NCBI GenBank assembly: GCA_026936335.1
Contig: JAPMXV010000008.1
Coordinates: 124,001 to 188,000 of the forward strand
Reading direction: 5' to 3'
From: Mantamonas sphyraenae STR306
Lineage: Eukaryota; Protista; CRuMs
DNA length: 64,000 nt
Shown here: positions 24,701 through 36,051 of the stretch, piece after piece
Layout of the letters: the number at the start of each line of letters is the position of its first letter
Position numbering within the stretch: the stretch's first letter is position 1
Translations under genes and position numbers: made by a program
The notes under the pieces: model-generated
The model's input: the letters and a program-made list of their open reading frames with translations, nothing else
What the model was told of the DNA's origin: nothing
Database searches by the model: none

Positions 24701-25856
24701 GGCGGCCAACATTGACCGCGACACCACCAACGACATTGTGAGCACACTGGGCAACCTGTTCCGTGCCATCCGTGGCGCTGGCAACGGCGGAGGCGCAAGC
24801 CCGGCCATTGTTGCTGGCGCACGCCGCCTGCTGGCCATCGACCAGCAGGCGCGTGCCACCGCGCTCTCGCTCGCGCAGAATGTGCGCAGCGTGGGCCGCT
24901 CGGTGAGCAACGGACTGGTGTGCGGCGAGGACCCGGTGCTGAGCACGCAGTCGGATCTGTCCATGCGTGTGACGCAGGCAGACGCGGCCAACGTGGCCAA
25001 CGGGGCCGCACGCACGCTTTCGGGCGCCTCGTTCACGGTGCCCGCGGGCTCGTTTGGTACGGGCTGCAAGACGCTGGTGGAGTACAGCTTTGCCGGCGAC
25101 CTGCGCTCGTACGGTCAGGACAACATGCTGCGCTCGAACCTGTACGCCATGTACGTGCAGGATCAGCCGGTGTCTGGCCTGACCAACGGCATCACCATTG
25201 TGCTGCCGCTGACCAGTGCATTCAACGCCTCGCAGACGGGCGCGTGCGTGTTCTGGGACAACTCGACGGAGACGTACTCGACGAGCGGCTGCACGACGGG
25301 TGCCATCACGTCGAGCACGGTGACGTGCACGTGCACGCATCTGACCGAGTTTGCAGTGCAGACGCGACAGGTGCAGAGCACACCCACGCCGACGCCGACG
25401 GCCACGCCTACGCCGACGCCGACGGGCTCCAGCAGCCCGACGCCGACGCCTGCGGCCACTGGCCCTTCGTCCTCGTTTGGCAACGTGATTGCCGGGCTTG
25501 AGGACAACACGGCATACGGCATCATTGGAGGCGGTGCAGGCGGCATTGTGGTGATTGTGGTGGTCATTCTGGTCATGCGCCGCAGCGCGAACCGCCAGGG
25601 TGGCCAGGGTGGAAGCACGGGTGGTGGCGACGAGGAGTCGTTCTTCCAGACGGCTCGCGGAAGCCGCGGTGGTAAGGGCACCGGCGGTGGAAGCAGCTCC
25701 AACATCCAGTTCTTTGACCCGTCGGCCGACTCGGGCGCCGAATGGTTCAACCTCAACCAGACGCGCTCGGCCACGGCCACCACGCAGCGTCGCGAGCTCA
25801 AGCGCCAGTCGAGCACCGTGGGTCGCAACAAGGCCCGCCGTACGCTCCTGGAGTAA
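12723..25856 (+). CDS. Giant (~4,370 aa) single-pass surface adhesin/receptor: signal peptide, ~24 cadherin-like/Ig repeats, 3 EGF, REJ, GAIN/GPS, PT linker, TM and cytoplasmic tail (apparent frameshifts at ~18553 and ~20370)
   Basis: Signal MKNRQYATHSVVLLCLLATILATTGGALA. Repeats with EDS / DVD / YTPTANWNG.D / VTAVNDAP. EGF units CPLDCGGNGVC...CQCNPGW. REJ motifs SASVDPDD, YLWSV and VNQPPTAGTLTVSPATG...FTL...WAD. GPS CVFWD...SGC...CTCTHLTEFAV. TM YGIIGGGAGGIVVIVVVILVM then RR. ORFs 12438-18581, 18571-20418 and 20370-25856 join; comparison with the paralogous repeats locates the indels. Confidence 0.88.
13175..17820 (+). repeat. Coding tandem array of 12 x 387-bp (129 aa) near-identical units, mostly alternating A/B (774-bp higher-order period)
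   Basis: The shadow ORFs recur at exact 387-bp spacing (13466, 13853, 14240 ... 17336). A units: TLPSALTV / TIAIADVD / VSAQ. B units: TAPSALSV / AFVVADID / VKAQ. Confidence 0.95.
18243..19878 (+). repeat. Tandem duplication of a two-domain block (816-bp period) within the giant gene
   Basis: gaggacagcaccaacacgggc occurs at 18661 and 19477; the two-domain blocks are near identical. Confidence 0.9.
20261..21425 (+). repeat. Duplicated Met-rich domain (~20261-20640 and ~21047-21425) within the giant gene
   Basis: atgttcccctcgcccatgactgtggc...aacatggtgcccaagatcatg occurs twice, ~786 bp apart. Confidence 0.9.
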
Positions 25857-26004
25857 GCTCTGCGCGCGCAAAGGGACGACGAAGAGAAGTGAAGAAGTGA
25901 GGAGAAATGGAAATCGATGGAGGAAAACCACCAAGCATCTCATTCATCCATGTTGGCGCGACGGAAGCAGTGTGCAAGTGCGTTCATTGTGTTGTGCAGC
26001 GTCG

Positions 26005-27651
26005 AAATTTACGACGAGGCAGCGGATGCGGCGCGCTTGGCACGAGCCTTGGCGACAGCCTGGGCACGGCGCTCCTTGGCCTCCTTGACACGCTGGGCCA
26101 CCAGCTTCTCGTACTCAGCCTTCTGCTTCAGGTTCTTCTGGTAGCGAGCCTGCTTCTCCAGAATCTGCTTGTTCTTGTGGCGGATGCGGCGCGGCGTAAT
26201 CAGGCGCTGGATCTTGGGGGCCTTCGTCTTGGGCTTCTCCTGGCCAGCCTTGAGCGGCAGAGTGCGGCGCACCACATACTGGCGCACATCGTCCTCCTTC
26301 GACAGGTTGAACAGCTTGCGGATGTTGTTGGCACGCTTGGGACCCAGACGGCGCGGCACCTTCTCGTCGGTCAGACCAGGGATCGGGTTGGCTCCCTGCT
26401 TCACCACAGACAGAGCCAGCACACCAATCTCCGGGCTCACAATGCACCCACGCACAGACTTGCGGCGCATGTAACCGGCGCACGGAGTACGACGCGGGTG
26501 GAAGCCCTTCATGCCCGGGCGCATCAGCAGACGCACACGGCCGGGAGTCAGCACACCCTGCATCATCGGGAAGCCCTGCTTGTCGTTGCCACCCGTGATG
26601 CGGAAGCGGTAGCCTGCGTACTGCTCGCCCAGCAGGTCGCCCTCAAACTCAGATGCCATCTGACGGTCGTACAGGTTGCGCCTGTGGGTTCACAGTGTGT
26701 CTCTCACGGGGTCAGTTTTCGTCAGAGCAACCTCAGCTCCAAATTTCCTCTCAACACACGCCCTGCTTTTCTCCTCTCTTCTCTCTCTTTCCACTCTGCC
26801 ACACTGGCTGTTTCCATGCAAGCACCTCTTTGCCACACGGCCACATCCTCTGCCATGTCTTCTCCACCTCTGCAACGCGTGCCTCCACACACAAAGGCAC
26901 ACACGGGCCCACCGCCTGCCAGCCTGCTCAACATGCAAGTTTTTCACTTGCCACTCCACCGGCCCTCCACCTTTCCCCGTTGCCCCGTGTCTCAATCCCT
27001 CCTCCTGTGGCCCTTTCCATGTCCATCCCATGCTCCTCCTCTCTCTCTCCTCCTCCTTCCCTTCCACCCTGCCTCTGTGTGTGCCTCCCTCTGGGCCTCG
27101 TGCCAAATTTCCTCCTGCCCACACGTCACTTCAGGCCCTCTCCACGCCTCCACACAACCCTCTGCGTCTTCCCACCCACTCCACATCCTGTGGCCCCTCC
27201 ATTCACAGCGTCTGCGCCGTGTGTGTGTGTCTCGCGTGTCCTCCTGCCTGTGCTGCACCGCCGCAAACAACTCGCTCGCGTCGCATGCAAGCTCCGCCAG
27301 CAAGCCCTTTGTTGCCTGCCCACACCTGCTGTACACACCACACACACACACACGCGCGCTCTGTGCATGCACATCCCTCTCACGCTTCCTCTCCACATCT
27401 CTCTGCAACATACACCAGCTTCTCCTCGTCGATTTCGATCAGCTTGTTCGTGCCGTTGGCGGGGTAGCTGATGTTGAACTGCAGCAGCAAAATTGGGACA
27501 CCCCACAGCGTCAGCCACACGCACACACAGAAACCAGGGACATGGGACACGCATCCTCCCACGCATGGCCAGGGTCATGGCATCACTCTGTGCTCGTGCT
27601 TACCTTCATGATGTGTTTCCGATGGCCAAGTGCGCGCGAACGCCACCGCAA
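26005..27651. repeat. Direct repeat copy A (~1.65 kb; whole RPS6 gene including introns and ~40 bp of upstream sequence)
   Basis: Near-identical to 36167-37816. Confidence 0.95.
26009..27609 (-). CDS. RPS6: 40S ribosomal protein S6 (eS6), copy 1 (exons 27609-27604, ~27478-27413, 26681-26009)
   Basis: MK|[22 protein letters not shown]|[18 protein letters not shown]...[18 protein letters not shown]...RKSVRGCIV...[18 protein letters not shown]...[11 protein letters not shown]. Confidence 0.97.
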
Positions 27652-27759
27652 CCAAAATTGAATTGAGGGTTCGGGCAAACGCACACAGCACAAACACCCA
27701 CTCAACAATCACGTAATCCCCCCTTTTGCCCGTCTCCGTTTTTCAGCACACAAGAGCCA

Positions 27760-29762
27760 ATGGGGAAGCAAAACAACGAGTACACGGCCATCAACGATGC
27801 CGACGTCAACGAAGAGCTGCTGGATTTCTGGGATCCGCGTCGCATGGCCTACAAAATGGTCATTCTGGCTCTCATCTGTCTGTTGACCTTTGGTAGCTAC
27901 TTCTGTTACGACATCCCTGCTGCGCTGCAGACGCAGATCGAGGAGTTTTACAACGTGGACAAGTTCCAGTACGAGCTTCTCTACGCCCTCTACTCCTGGC
28001 CCAACACCATCCAGGTGTTCTTTGGTGGCTTTCTTATCGACCGCGTGTTTGGTCTGCGGTACGTGAAACTGCCTGCCTTGCCCTGCGCACCCGGCGGCGG
28101 GCTCCCACGTTTCACTCGCCCTCCTTTTTGCTCATGCGAGCACGCCCGCTGACACGCTTTCACCCACGTCTGCACCCTGCGTTTTGCCGCACACATAGTC
28201 TCGGCGCACTTATCTTTTGCTCCTTGGTCTTCCTGGGCCAGATCATTGTCTCGATTGGCGCCAGTTCACGCAGTTTCATCCTCACGTGCATCGGTCGCTT
28301 CGTTTTCGGGTACGTTTGCGCCCCTGTGCTCGCCCACACGTCCACGTGCAGCCCATCTGCAGGCCAACGTTGATCTGACTCGCATACACCCCGCCTCACC
28401 TCCGTACCCATTCCACTCCGGGTCTGCACTACAGAATGGGAGGCGAAACCCTCAGTGTCACCCAAAGCGCATTTTGCGGCAAGTGGTTCCGCGGCAACAT
28501 GATGGCCTTGGCCTTTGGCATTGCCCTCAGTTTCTCGCGCATTGTACGTGACCTGTCCTCTCCTACTGCTGCTTGAGTGTGTCCCGTTCACACAGGTGCA
28601 TTTGTCGTCTGCATGCCCCTGTGCTCGTTTGTGTTGTGCACGTGCCATTTTCGCTGACCCCTGGTACCACCAAAAATCCATCTCTTTTCATGCTCAGGGA
28701 TCGGCTGTCAACCTGAACGTGTCCCCTTTCATGGCCAAACAGGGTGGCCTTGTTTGGGCCATCTGGTTCGGTGCCATTCTGTGCGCCTTTTCTGTGTGCG
28801 CGTGTGTCATCCTGGGGTTAATTGACAAGCGCGGCGAGAAGATTGCAGGCGTCAAGGCAGAGTCTGTGGACGAACCTGTCAACCTGATGGACGTCATCCA
28901 CTTTCCGTTGGCCATCTGGCTCATCTACGGCATCTGTGTCTTCTTCTATGTCTCGGTGTTCATCTTCATCACACTCGGGTCAGGGTTCTTTGTCTCCAAG
29001 TATGGCATCGACCCAGACTCGGCCTCCACCATTCTCAGCATTCCCTACACCCTGTCTGCCTTTGCATCACCCCTGATGGGCTTTGCCGTCGACCGATACG
29101 CACACGGTGTCAACTTTGTTCTCTTTGCCACGCTGCTCATGACTGGAGCCCACACCATCATGCTGCTGACCTCCATCACACCGATTGTGCCCATGGTGCT
29201 CATGGGCATCGCCTACTCCACCTGTGCGGCTGCCCTGTGGCCCGCCGTTGCCTTGATCATCGGTGTGCGCCAGCTGGGCACCGCCTACGGTCTCATGACA
29301 GCCATCCAGAATCTGGGTCTGGCCTTGGGCTCCATGGGCTTTGGTGCCATTGCTTCGGCATACGGCTATCACACCACGATCTTGTGTTTCACATTCACCG
29401 CTGGCCTTTCGGCCGTCCTCGCCATGATGCTCTGGCTTACGTCCCGCTCGGGCGAGGCTGCAGTGCTCAACTTTTCTGCTGCCCAGCTGAAAGAGCGTGC
29501 GCAGCAGGAGGCCGAGGAGGAGGAGCGCAAGGAGCGGGAAGAGAACCTTGCGCTCAAGTCGCAGGAGCTGTTTGCCCATGTGGAGCCCAAGCGCGTGTCG
29601 GTGTCCCACCGCAACAACCACCTCGTGCGTAGCAACTATTTGGCCCGATTGGGCATTCGACCTCACTTTGAGGTCTCTGGTCTGGATATTCCTTCCCAGC
29701 ACCGTGACGCCTTCCCGCCCGCCAGCTACGGTGCTGTGGGACGCACCAGCACCACTCTGTAA
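27760..29762 (+). CDS. MFSD1: MFSD1-like lysosomal major facilitator transporter (3 introns)
   Basis: CLLTFGSYFCYDIPAALQ...LLYALYSWPNTIQVFFGGFLIDRVFGLR, GRFVFG|MGGETLSVTQSAFCGKWFRG and QLGTAYGLMTAIQNLGLAL. N-terminal dileucine-like DVNEELL. Confidence 0.85.
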
Positions 29763-29881
29763 TTCGTGCACTCCAGTGCACTCCACTCCCTCCTGTAGAT
29801 GTACATCCTCCATCGTCATCCCTCCTCCTCCATCTGCACATCCACGCATGATCAAAACAAACCACAGTTCATTCCTCCCAC

Positions 29882-32800
29882 TCACAACGTTCCGAATCCC
29901 CCACTGGCATCCTGCGACATTTGATGGCTTTCTTTTGAACCGCGCATACGTTGAAGCGGCCCCATCCTCCGTTTGCCCTTGTTGTCACCCTTGGTAGCCT
30001 GCGACAATGCATCCGAGGCCGATGGCGCCGACTTTTGTGCACCCTTGCTCGCCCTGCGTGTGGGCCCTCGAGCTCTCGATCGTGCACGCAAAGGCAAAGC
30101 GCCATCGTCGTCAAAAGTGATGTCATCCAATGACTCGAGCGGTTCGGCGCTGTTCGAGGACATGCGTGCTGTCGAGGTTGCACGCGGCATGCTGCTCACC
30201 GACGTGCGTGGCACCTCGCCACGTGCAGCGCGTGCTCTTGCCAGTCTCTCCTCAACCAGAGCCGCTCCTGTGAGGGCAGGCGTGTCCTGTGTGGCCAAAG
30301 CAGCGCCCTCATCCCCATCCTGCGATTGGCTGCGCGCATTGCGTGCTGCCTTGCGACCCATGCGTCGCATCAATTGCTTCATCAGCTCCCTCTTGCTGCG
30401 ACGTGCCTCGCCATCTTCCTCGTCGCTCGAGTCCAGTTCGTCCAGAGCCTGGTCCAGCTCGGCGTCGTCGCCAAAGTCAAAGCCCAGCTCTTCCATGTGC
30501 TCCGCCAGCTGTTCGTTTGCCCGTTCACGCTCCCACTCGTACGTCTGATGGAACTCACTCTCATTGACAATCTCCCACACCTCTTCGTCGCCAATTTCCG
30601 ACCTGTTCCGGGGCACCACGCTCATGGTTGCTGCCGCAGGCCTGCCCCCCGCGGCCTCGTCGCCTTCCCCCACGCCGCGCATGCCTCCACCTCCACGATT
30701 CCTCGCCTTGCGGTTCTGTTCCAGCTTGCTCAGCATCTCCTTGCGAGCCGGGGCAACAAATTCGGTCTTTGTGGGCAGGTACACACGCTGATCCAGTTCG
30801 CCGGACACAATGGGTGCCAACAGCCTCTCCTCGTGTTCCCACTGCCTGTTGAGAGCCCTGTCGAAGCGTGAGAAACGACGCAGATACTTGCGATCCCGTT
30901 GCACCGCAAGTGTTTCGTTGCCCGGTGCGCTGACCGAGTAGGAGCGACGACCGCGTGTGCCTCCACGCTGTTCGTCGGCGCCTCCTCCACCTGCGCCGCC
31001 GACGTCGCTGTTGCCACCCTGTGACGAACCCGAGGCGGCTGCGGATGCGGCTGCCCCGTGCCTGTCGAAGCGCACGCTGGAGCGTTGGCGGTCGTTGCGG
31101 TGGCAGATGACACAGGAGGGGAAGTTGGACACGCAGCGCTGGTGGAAGGCGTGGCCGCAATTGTACACAGTCACGTTTTCGTGTACGTCGGCAAACGTCT
31201 GCATGCAATAGGCACATTCCTGGCTGGCGTTTGCGGTGCCGCGTTGCAGCCTGCGCACATACGCGCGCGAGTTGCGATACACGTCGCGGCTGATGATCTT
31301 GTTGGCTGTCTTGAGCAGACGCATTTCGTAGCGGTACGTGGCAATCATGGTTTCGATGAGACTCTTAAACTCGGAGAATTGGTCCTGGCCGTGCTTGGCC
31401 GAGATGCGCTCCAGAATCAGTTGCATCTGCACGTGGCCCATCATGCGCGACAAAACGGCGTCCAGGCAATCACTGAGCACGGCTTCGTAGTCACTTTTGC
31501 CTTCGGACGAGTCACGCTTCTGCCGGATGCGACGCACGGGCTCGGCAAACTCGTCGAGCAGCAGAAACCACAGTGCCTGAGAGGATTCGTCGTCACTGGA
31601 CAGCGAGTTGCGTGTGCACAAGGACGACGCCACTTCCAATGTTTCCATCACTTGGGTGCGCAGCGAGCGATCCTCCGCTGCAGCGGCCACAGCCTTCAAG
31701 CGAGAGCGCAGTTCGGTGAGAATGAGACGCAGGGCACCCTCGATGTCACCCGTGCGTTCCAACAAATGTGCGGTGGCTTCGTTCAGGCCGCGCGATCGAC
31801 ACAGCTGCAGGCAGTGGTCCAGCCGGTACGGGTACTTGCTGTCCACCAGATGGGCGTGCACGCGCTCCGGGTGGTACTCGCACATCAGCTCAATGTATCG
31901 TTCGTGCACCTCCGAGGTGATGTCCACACCACTTGCACCTGCGCCTCCGCTGCTGCTGCTGTCAATGCGCCTGTTGCGGTCCGTTTCCAGCAAGCCCTCC
32001 AAGTAGCCGTATTGCAGGCGTGGATGATTGGCCAGGTTGGCCATGACACGTGTGCTCTCGTGGCCAAAGTGTTCCACCACCAGCACACCCATTTCACGTG
32101 CGTCCATGCGTGCCAGATCCAACGCACTGTCCACCACCTCTTCTGCAAACTCCTCCTTGTCGCCCTCGCCCACCGTTACGTCCTCCATCACCGAACCGAT
32201 GTACGCAAACACAGCCTTGTCGACTGAGCCCGCGGCGGTCGGTGTGGAAGAAGCCGTGGATGTCCTGCTCTTGAGTTCGCGCAGGTAGCACTGCAGCACC
32301 TTGACATACTGCTGCCGTCGCGTGTACAGCACCTCACACACAAGCAGCATGCCGCACGCCTCGCAGCGCTCGACCAGAGCGTCCGAGTTGAGGTAGGCCG
32401 AGGTCGGCACGCTGTTGACCAGTTGCAATAGCGATTGCTGACGCTGCTGGGCGTCCTCGGAGGGAAGCGAGCCAAGCGCATCCGCAGTGAGATTGTTGGC
32501 AATCTCTGCCAGCAGCGCTTCCGACGCCTGTACGCGTCCTGCGCTCACGTACCGCGACACAAACTCAAACAGATTGGCCTTTTCGTCCTGCAGGGTGCTG
32601 CTGGACAGCACCAGGTTGCCCAGCACGTCCACCACGCGCTGCGAGCTTGTAAACATGTCTTCTTCGTTGCGGATGCCCTTGTCCAGCAGCGCAAACGTCT
32701 CGCGCGGATGGAACAGCAGCAGCTGATACAGTGGCTGGAACAGTTCCTTCAAATCGGGCTCGTTGCCGCTGTCGCTGTTGCCGACGCTGCCCTCTGCGTG

Positions 32801-34925
32801 TCCCCCTTGGTTTCCCTCGTCGTCATCGTCGTCATCCACGCTGGGAGCTGTAAACAAGTACATGAGCACCTTGCTGCGCACGTGGTCCATGTCGTGTTCG
32901 CCTGCGTCTGCGCGTGTGAACAGGTCGTCGATGTAGTGGATGACGGTGCCAGACAGACGCATGCGCATGCGCAGGTCCTGTGCGTTGTCTTCCATATACT
33001 GCATCACATTGCGCAGGGGTGGCACGTATTCATCCCGCAGCTGGTTGTACAGGCGAAAGTACGCCTTCCACCAGCCGTGGCGCAAACACAGCGCCTGCAG
33101 CTGCTCAAAGTCCATGCTGTGCAGATCCAGATGCATGAGCAGCAATTCAAGCTCATCGCCTCTGCCCTGGGCGTCCAGATAGGCTTCCATTTTGGACAGC
33201 GTGTATGCATCCAGCTCGCGCACCACGTCCTGCTGGATCATGGGTTCGAGTTGGGCCAGGAAGACGTCCTCCTGGGCCAACTGTTCGAAAAAGGGCAGGA
33301 CCATGTCGTACACGGTGTTCAGTTGGCCGATGTCCACACACACGCGGATGCACTCGCTGGCCACGTCTGCCATCTCCTGGGCGTCGTCGGCGTGCGTGCG
33401 TGCGTGCTGCAGGTAGCGTGACAGCATGGAAATGGTTGTGTCTGCCAGCAGCTGCTGGCGCTGGGTTGCGTCGCCCGGCAACCCAATCGCCGCTTCGTCG
33501 CGGTTGGCGTACAGGCTGGCACACAGCTTCAGTGCTTCCTTGTGTTTGTTGTCGTGCAGCAATTGGTCCAAACGCTCGTTCCAGAGCAGCACACGGCCGT
33601 AGTGGACGCTGGTGGAGCCGAGAAAGAACAGGAGGCCCTTGAGGACACCAAAGCTTTGCTGGGAACAGAGGACCTTTGCACTGCCGTCGCTGTTGCTGAG
33701 GTAGCGATGGCCACACAGGCCTGCATGGATGCCAGACACATCGACAGACTCGATGGCATGGCCACTGCTATGATACAAGGTGAGATGAGCTTCGGTGCCA
33801 AACACAGCCAGGGTCTCCTTTGTCATCCAGTGGATACCCTGAACAAAGCCCAGCTCAGGGGAAGTGCGGAAGGATCCGGTTTGCAAACATTGCAACGGGT
33901 GCTTGAGTCCCAGTTCTGCATAACGAGGCCCCTTGTGCTTGAGGGTAAACAGCAACACGTTGGCACCCCATCCGACAAGGAGGGCGGGTCCCACAACACG
34001 TGCGGCACTGGTGTTTGCATTGTCCACACTGGTGCGTCGCCAAGCCATGTATGGGACACACTGGGCCTCGTCGTCCGAGGCAAATGTGGGCGGCTCCACA
34101 TTGCCCAGGGCGGCAACCTGTGGGTCGGAGACAAAGAAGGCAAGGCGGTCCCAGGTGGCGTAGGCGGTGACGGCAAAGAGGTCGCTGGGGTGGGAGGCGG
34201 TGCCGGGCAGGAGGGCGGTCATGTTGAGGATCTGGCCGCGGCGGCCGTCGAGAATGAGGGTGGCTTCAGACAGGTACTTGCGGAACAGGTTCAGGGTGAG
34301 CTTGTGGAGCACGAGCACACCTTGGTTATCCAGGGTGAGCACAGTCTGTTTGGAGACGGCAAAGTCTGTGTAGAGGACGGGCCCGCGATGTTGGTGGCCA
34401 AACTCGTGGACTTGCTTGCCTTGGCTACGTCGAACAGCACCGTGCGACCGGAACTGAGGCCGCTCACCAGCAGCGTGCTGTCTGCAGAGAAGCTCATGGA
34501 TGTGATGGATTCTGCGTCCAAACCTGTGTGCGTGCCGGGGCAACGAACACGGGGGGGGGGGGATGTGAGCGCGCTGAGGCTGAGAGGGGACGACAAACAA
34601 CGGCACACGACGACGTACCGCCGTTGGTGGTGAGAATGGACACCAGTCTCTGGTTGTGGTCAAACAGGAGGACAGCGCCTTCGACTGTGCCCACGGCAAT
34701 ATAGTGCTGGGAAACCTGTGAGGAAGGTGAGTCAACATGGGAGTGCCGGCCGGGAGAGGGCGAGAGAGAGAGTCAGAAGACTGTTCTGTGGCAGGGGGTT
34801 GTATCATGGGCTCAGCAACAACACACCTGAATGCACGAGGCAGCGCCTGCGTCACGTTGCATGGCAGGCAGCTGTAATTGCCGCGAGATCTCAGAGGCCT
34901 CATGGATGGAGGTCACCGAAGACAT
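29882..34925 (-). CDS. VPS8: VPS8, CORVET subunit (two 5' introns; apparent -1 frameshift at ~34420)
   Basis: N-terminal YIAVGTVEGAVLLFD beta-propeller; CVPYMAW, LLWNERLDQL, CHCR (YIELMCEYHPERV...YRLDHCLQLC...HLLERTGDIEGAL), QALWFLLLD and RING-H2 CAYC...CGHAFHQRC...CVIC. Confidence 0.9.
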
Positions 34926-34998
34926 CGTCGTGTTGCCCACACGAGGGCAGCACCAACGCATTTGCCATCTGAGACCCTGGGCAGGTTGTGGTCAGCCA

Positions 34999-36051
34999 AT
35001 GTCCAAGCGCAGTGTGGAGGATGTCGAAGGCTTCTACATGAAGCTGGAGAACATGCGGGATGCCGGCCTGGGCTCGTACGTGGTGCCGATCAGGTTGGAA
35101 AAGTCGCTTGGCGAGAACATTGTCTTCCGCGACACCTTTCTCTGGGACATGATGGGTATGTGTGGCCCGGGGTCGTGTCAAACGGCCAGTGTGAGCGCGT
35201 CGGATGCGTGTGTGGGGAGGGATCGTGTGTGTGTGTGTGAGGGGGGTGGGGGAAGGAGGCGGGAAGTGAGAGGGCGCCAAAGGGCGTGCTTTGCTGACAG
35301 CACAAGTGCGCACACCGGGCCACAATGGGCGCACCACGCGTGGGCCACAGACAACGAAATGACGCCGCTGGAGTTTGCGCAGCAATTGTGTAAAGATGAG
35401 CAGCTTCCAGAAAGCCTGGCGGACGATTTGGCGCGGTCGATCAGCCAGCAGTTGATTGAACACCAGGTGGTGGTGCCTGCGACAGACAGGGGCGAATGCA
35501 GGGTGGCTGTGCAGATCCAAGTGATGATCGACAACCAATTCTTCACCGACACGGTGGATTGGGACCTGAACAACCCGTACAATGACCCGGAGGCGTTTGC
35601 CGAATCGCTCGCAGCGGACGTGGGTCTGACGCAGGACTTTGCGGCAGCGATTGCCCATTCCATCCGTGAGGAGCTGGCCATTGTGGGCGACCGGCTGGAG
35701 AACGGCCAGCTGAGCGAGAGCAACACACTGAAGCCCGTTACCAACGTCTTTCGGCGCAAGAAGGAGATGCTGGAGTGTTCGCCCAGCGTGGAGTACCTGA
35801 CGGCGGAACAGACCAGCCGCGTGGAGCAGCGCTTTGAAAAGATCAAGAAGCGACTGAACACGGGCAAGGCGGCGGTGGAGGTGATCCAACCCCACGTCGT
35901 GCGCACACACTTTACGTTTGAGCTCATGGGCCGCAAGCGCAAGCGACGGAAGAAGGGCAAGCTGGTGGAAGGCGCAGTCACAACAAGCGCCAGCAGCAGC
36001 AGCAGCAGCAGCACAGACAACACAGACAACACAACGGAGGAGGCGAGCTGA
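34999..36051 (+). CDS. SNF5: SNF5/SMARCB1/Sfh1-family SWI/SNF subunit (intron ~35156-35350)
   Basis: VVPIRLE...FRDTFLWD...MTPLEFAQQLCKD and DTVDWDLNNPYNDPEAFAESLAADVGL..DFAAAIAHSIREEL. Confidence 0.9.
   Translation: MSKRSVEDVEGFYMKLENMRDAGLGSYVVPIRLEKSLGENIVFRDTFLWDMMGMCGPGSCQTASVSASDACVGRDRVCVCEGGGGRRREVRGRQRACFADSTSAHTGPQWAHHAWATDNEMTPLEFAQQLCKDEQLPESLADDLARSISQQLIEHQVVVPATDRGECRVAVQIQVMIDNQFFTDTVDWDLNNPYNDPEAFAESLAADVGLTQDFAAAIAHSIREELAIVGDRLENGQLSESNTLKPVTNVFRRKKEMLECSPSVEYLTAEQTSRVEQRFEKIKKRLNTGKAAVEVIQPHVVRTHFTFELMGRKRKRRKKGKLVEGAVTTSASSSSSSSTDNTDNTTEEAS

Noticed and set aside
19788-25943. 2051-aa antisense ORF (also 12711-16091, 16533-17864, 18526-19974 and the 127-aa repeats)
   Set aside because: Shadow ORFs of the giant gene. 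Its strong codon bias avoids TTA/CTA/TCA, so there are few antisense stops. The translations are His/Arg/Gly-rich with no recognisable domains.
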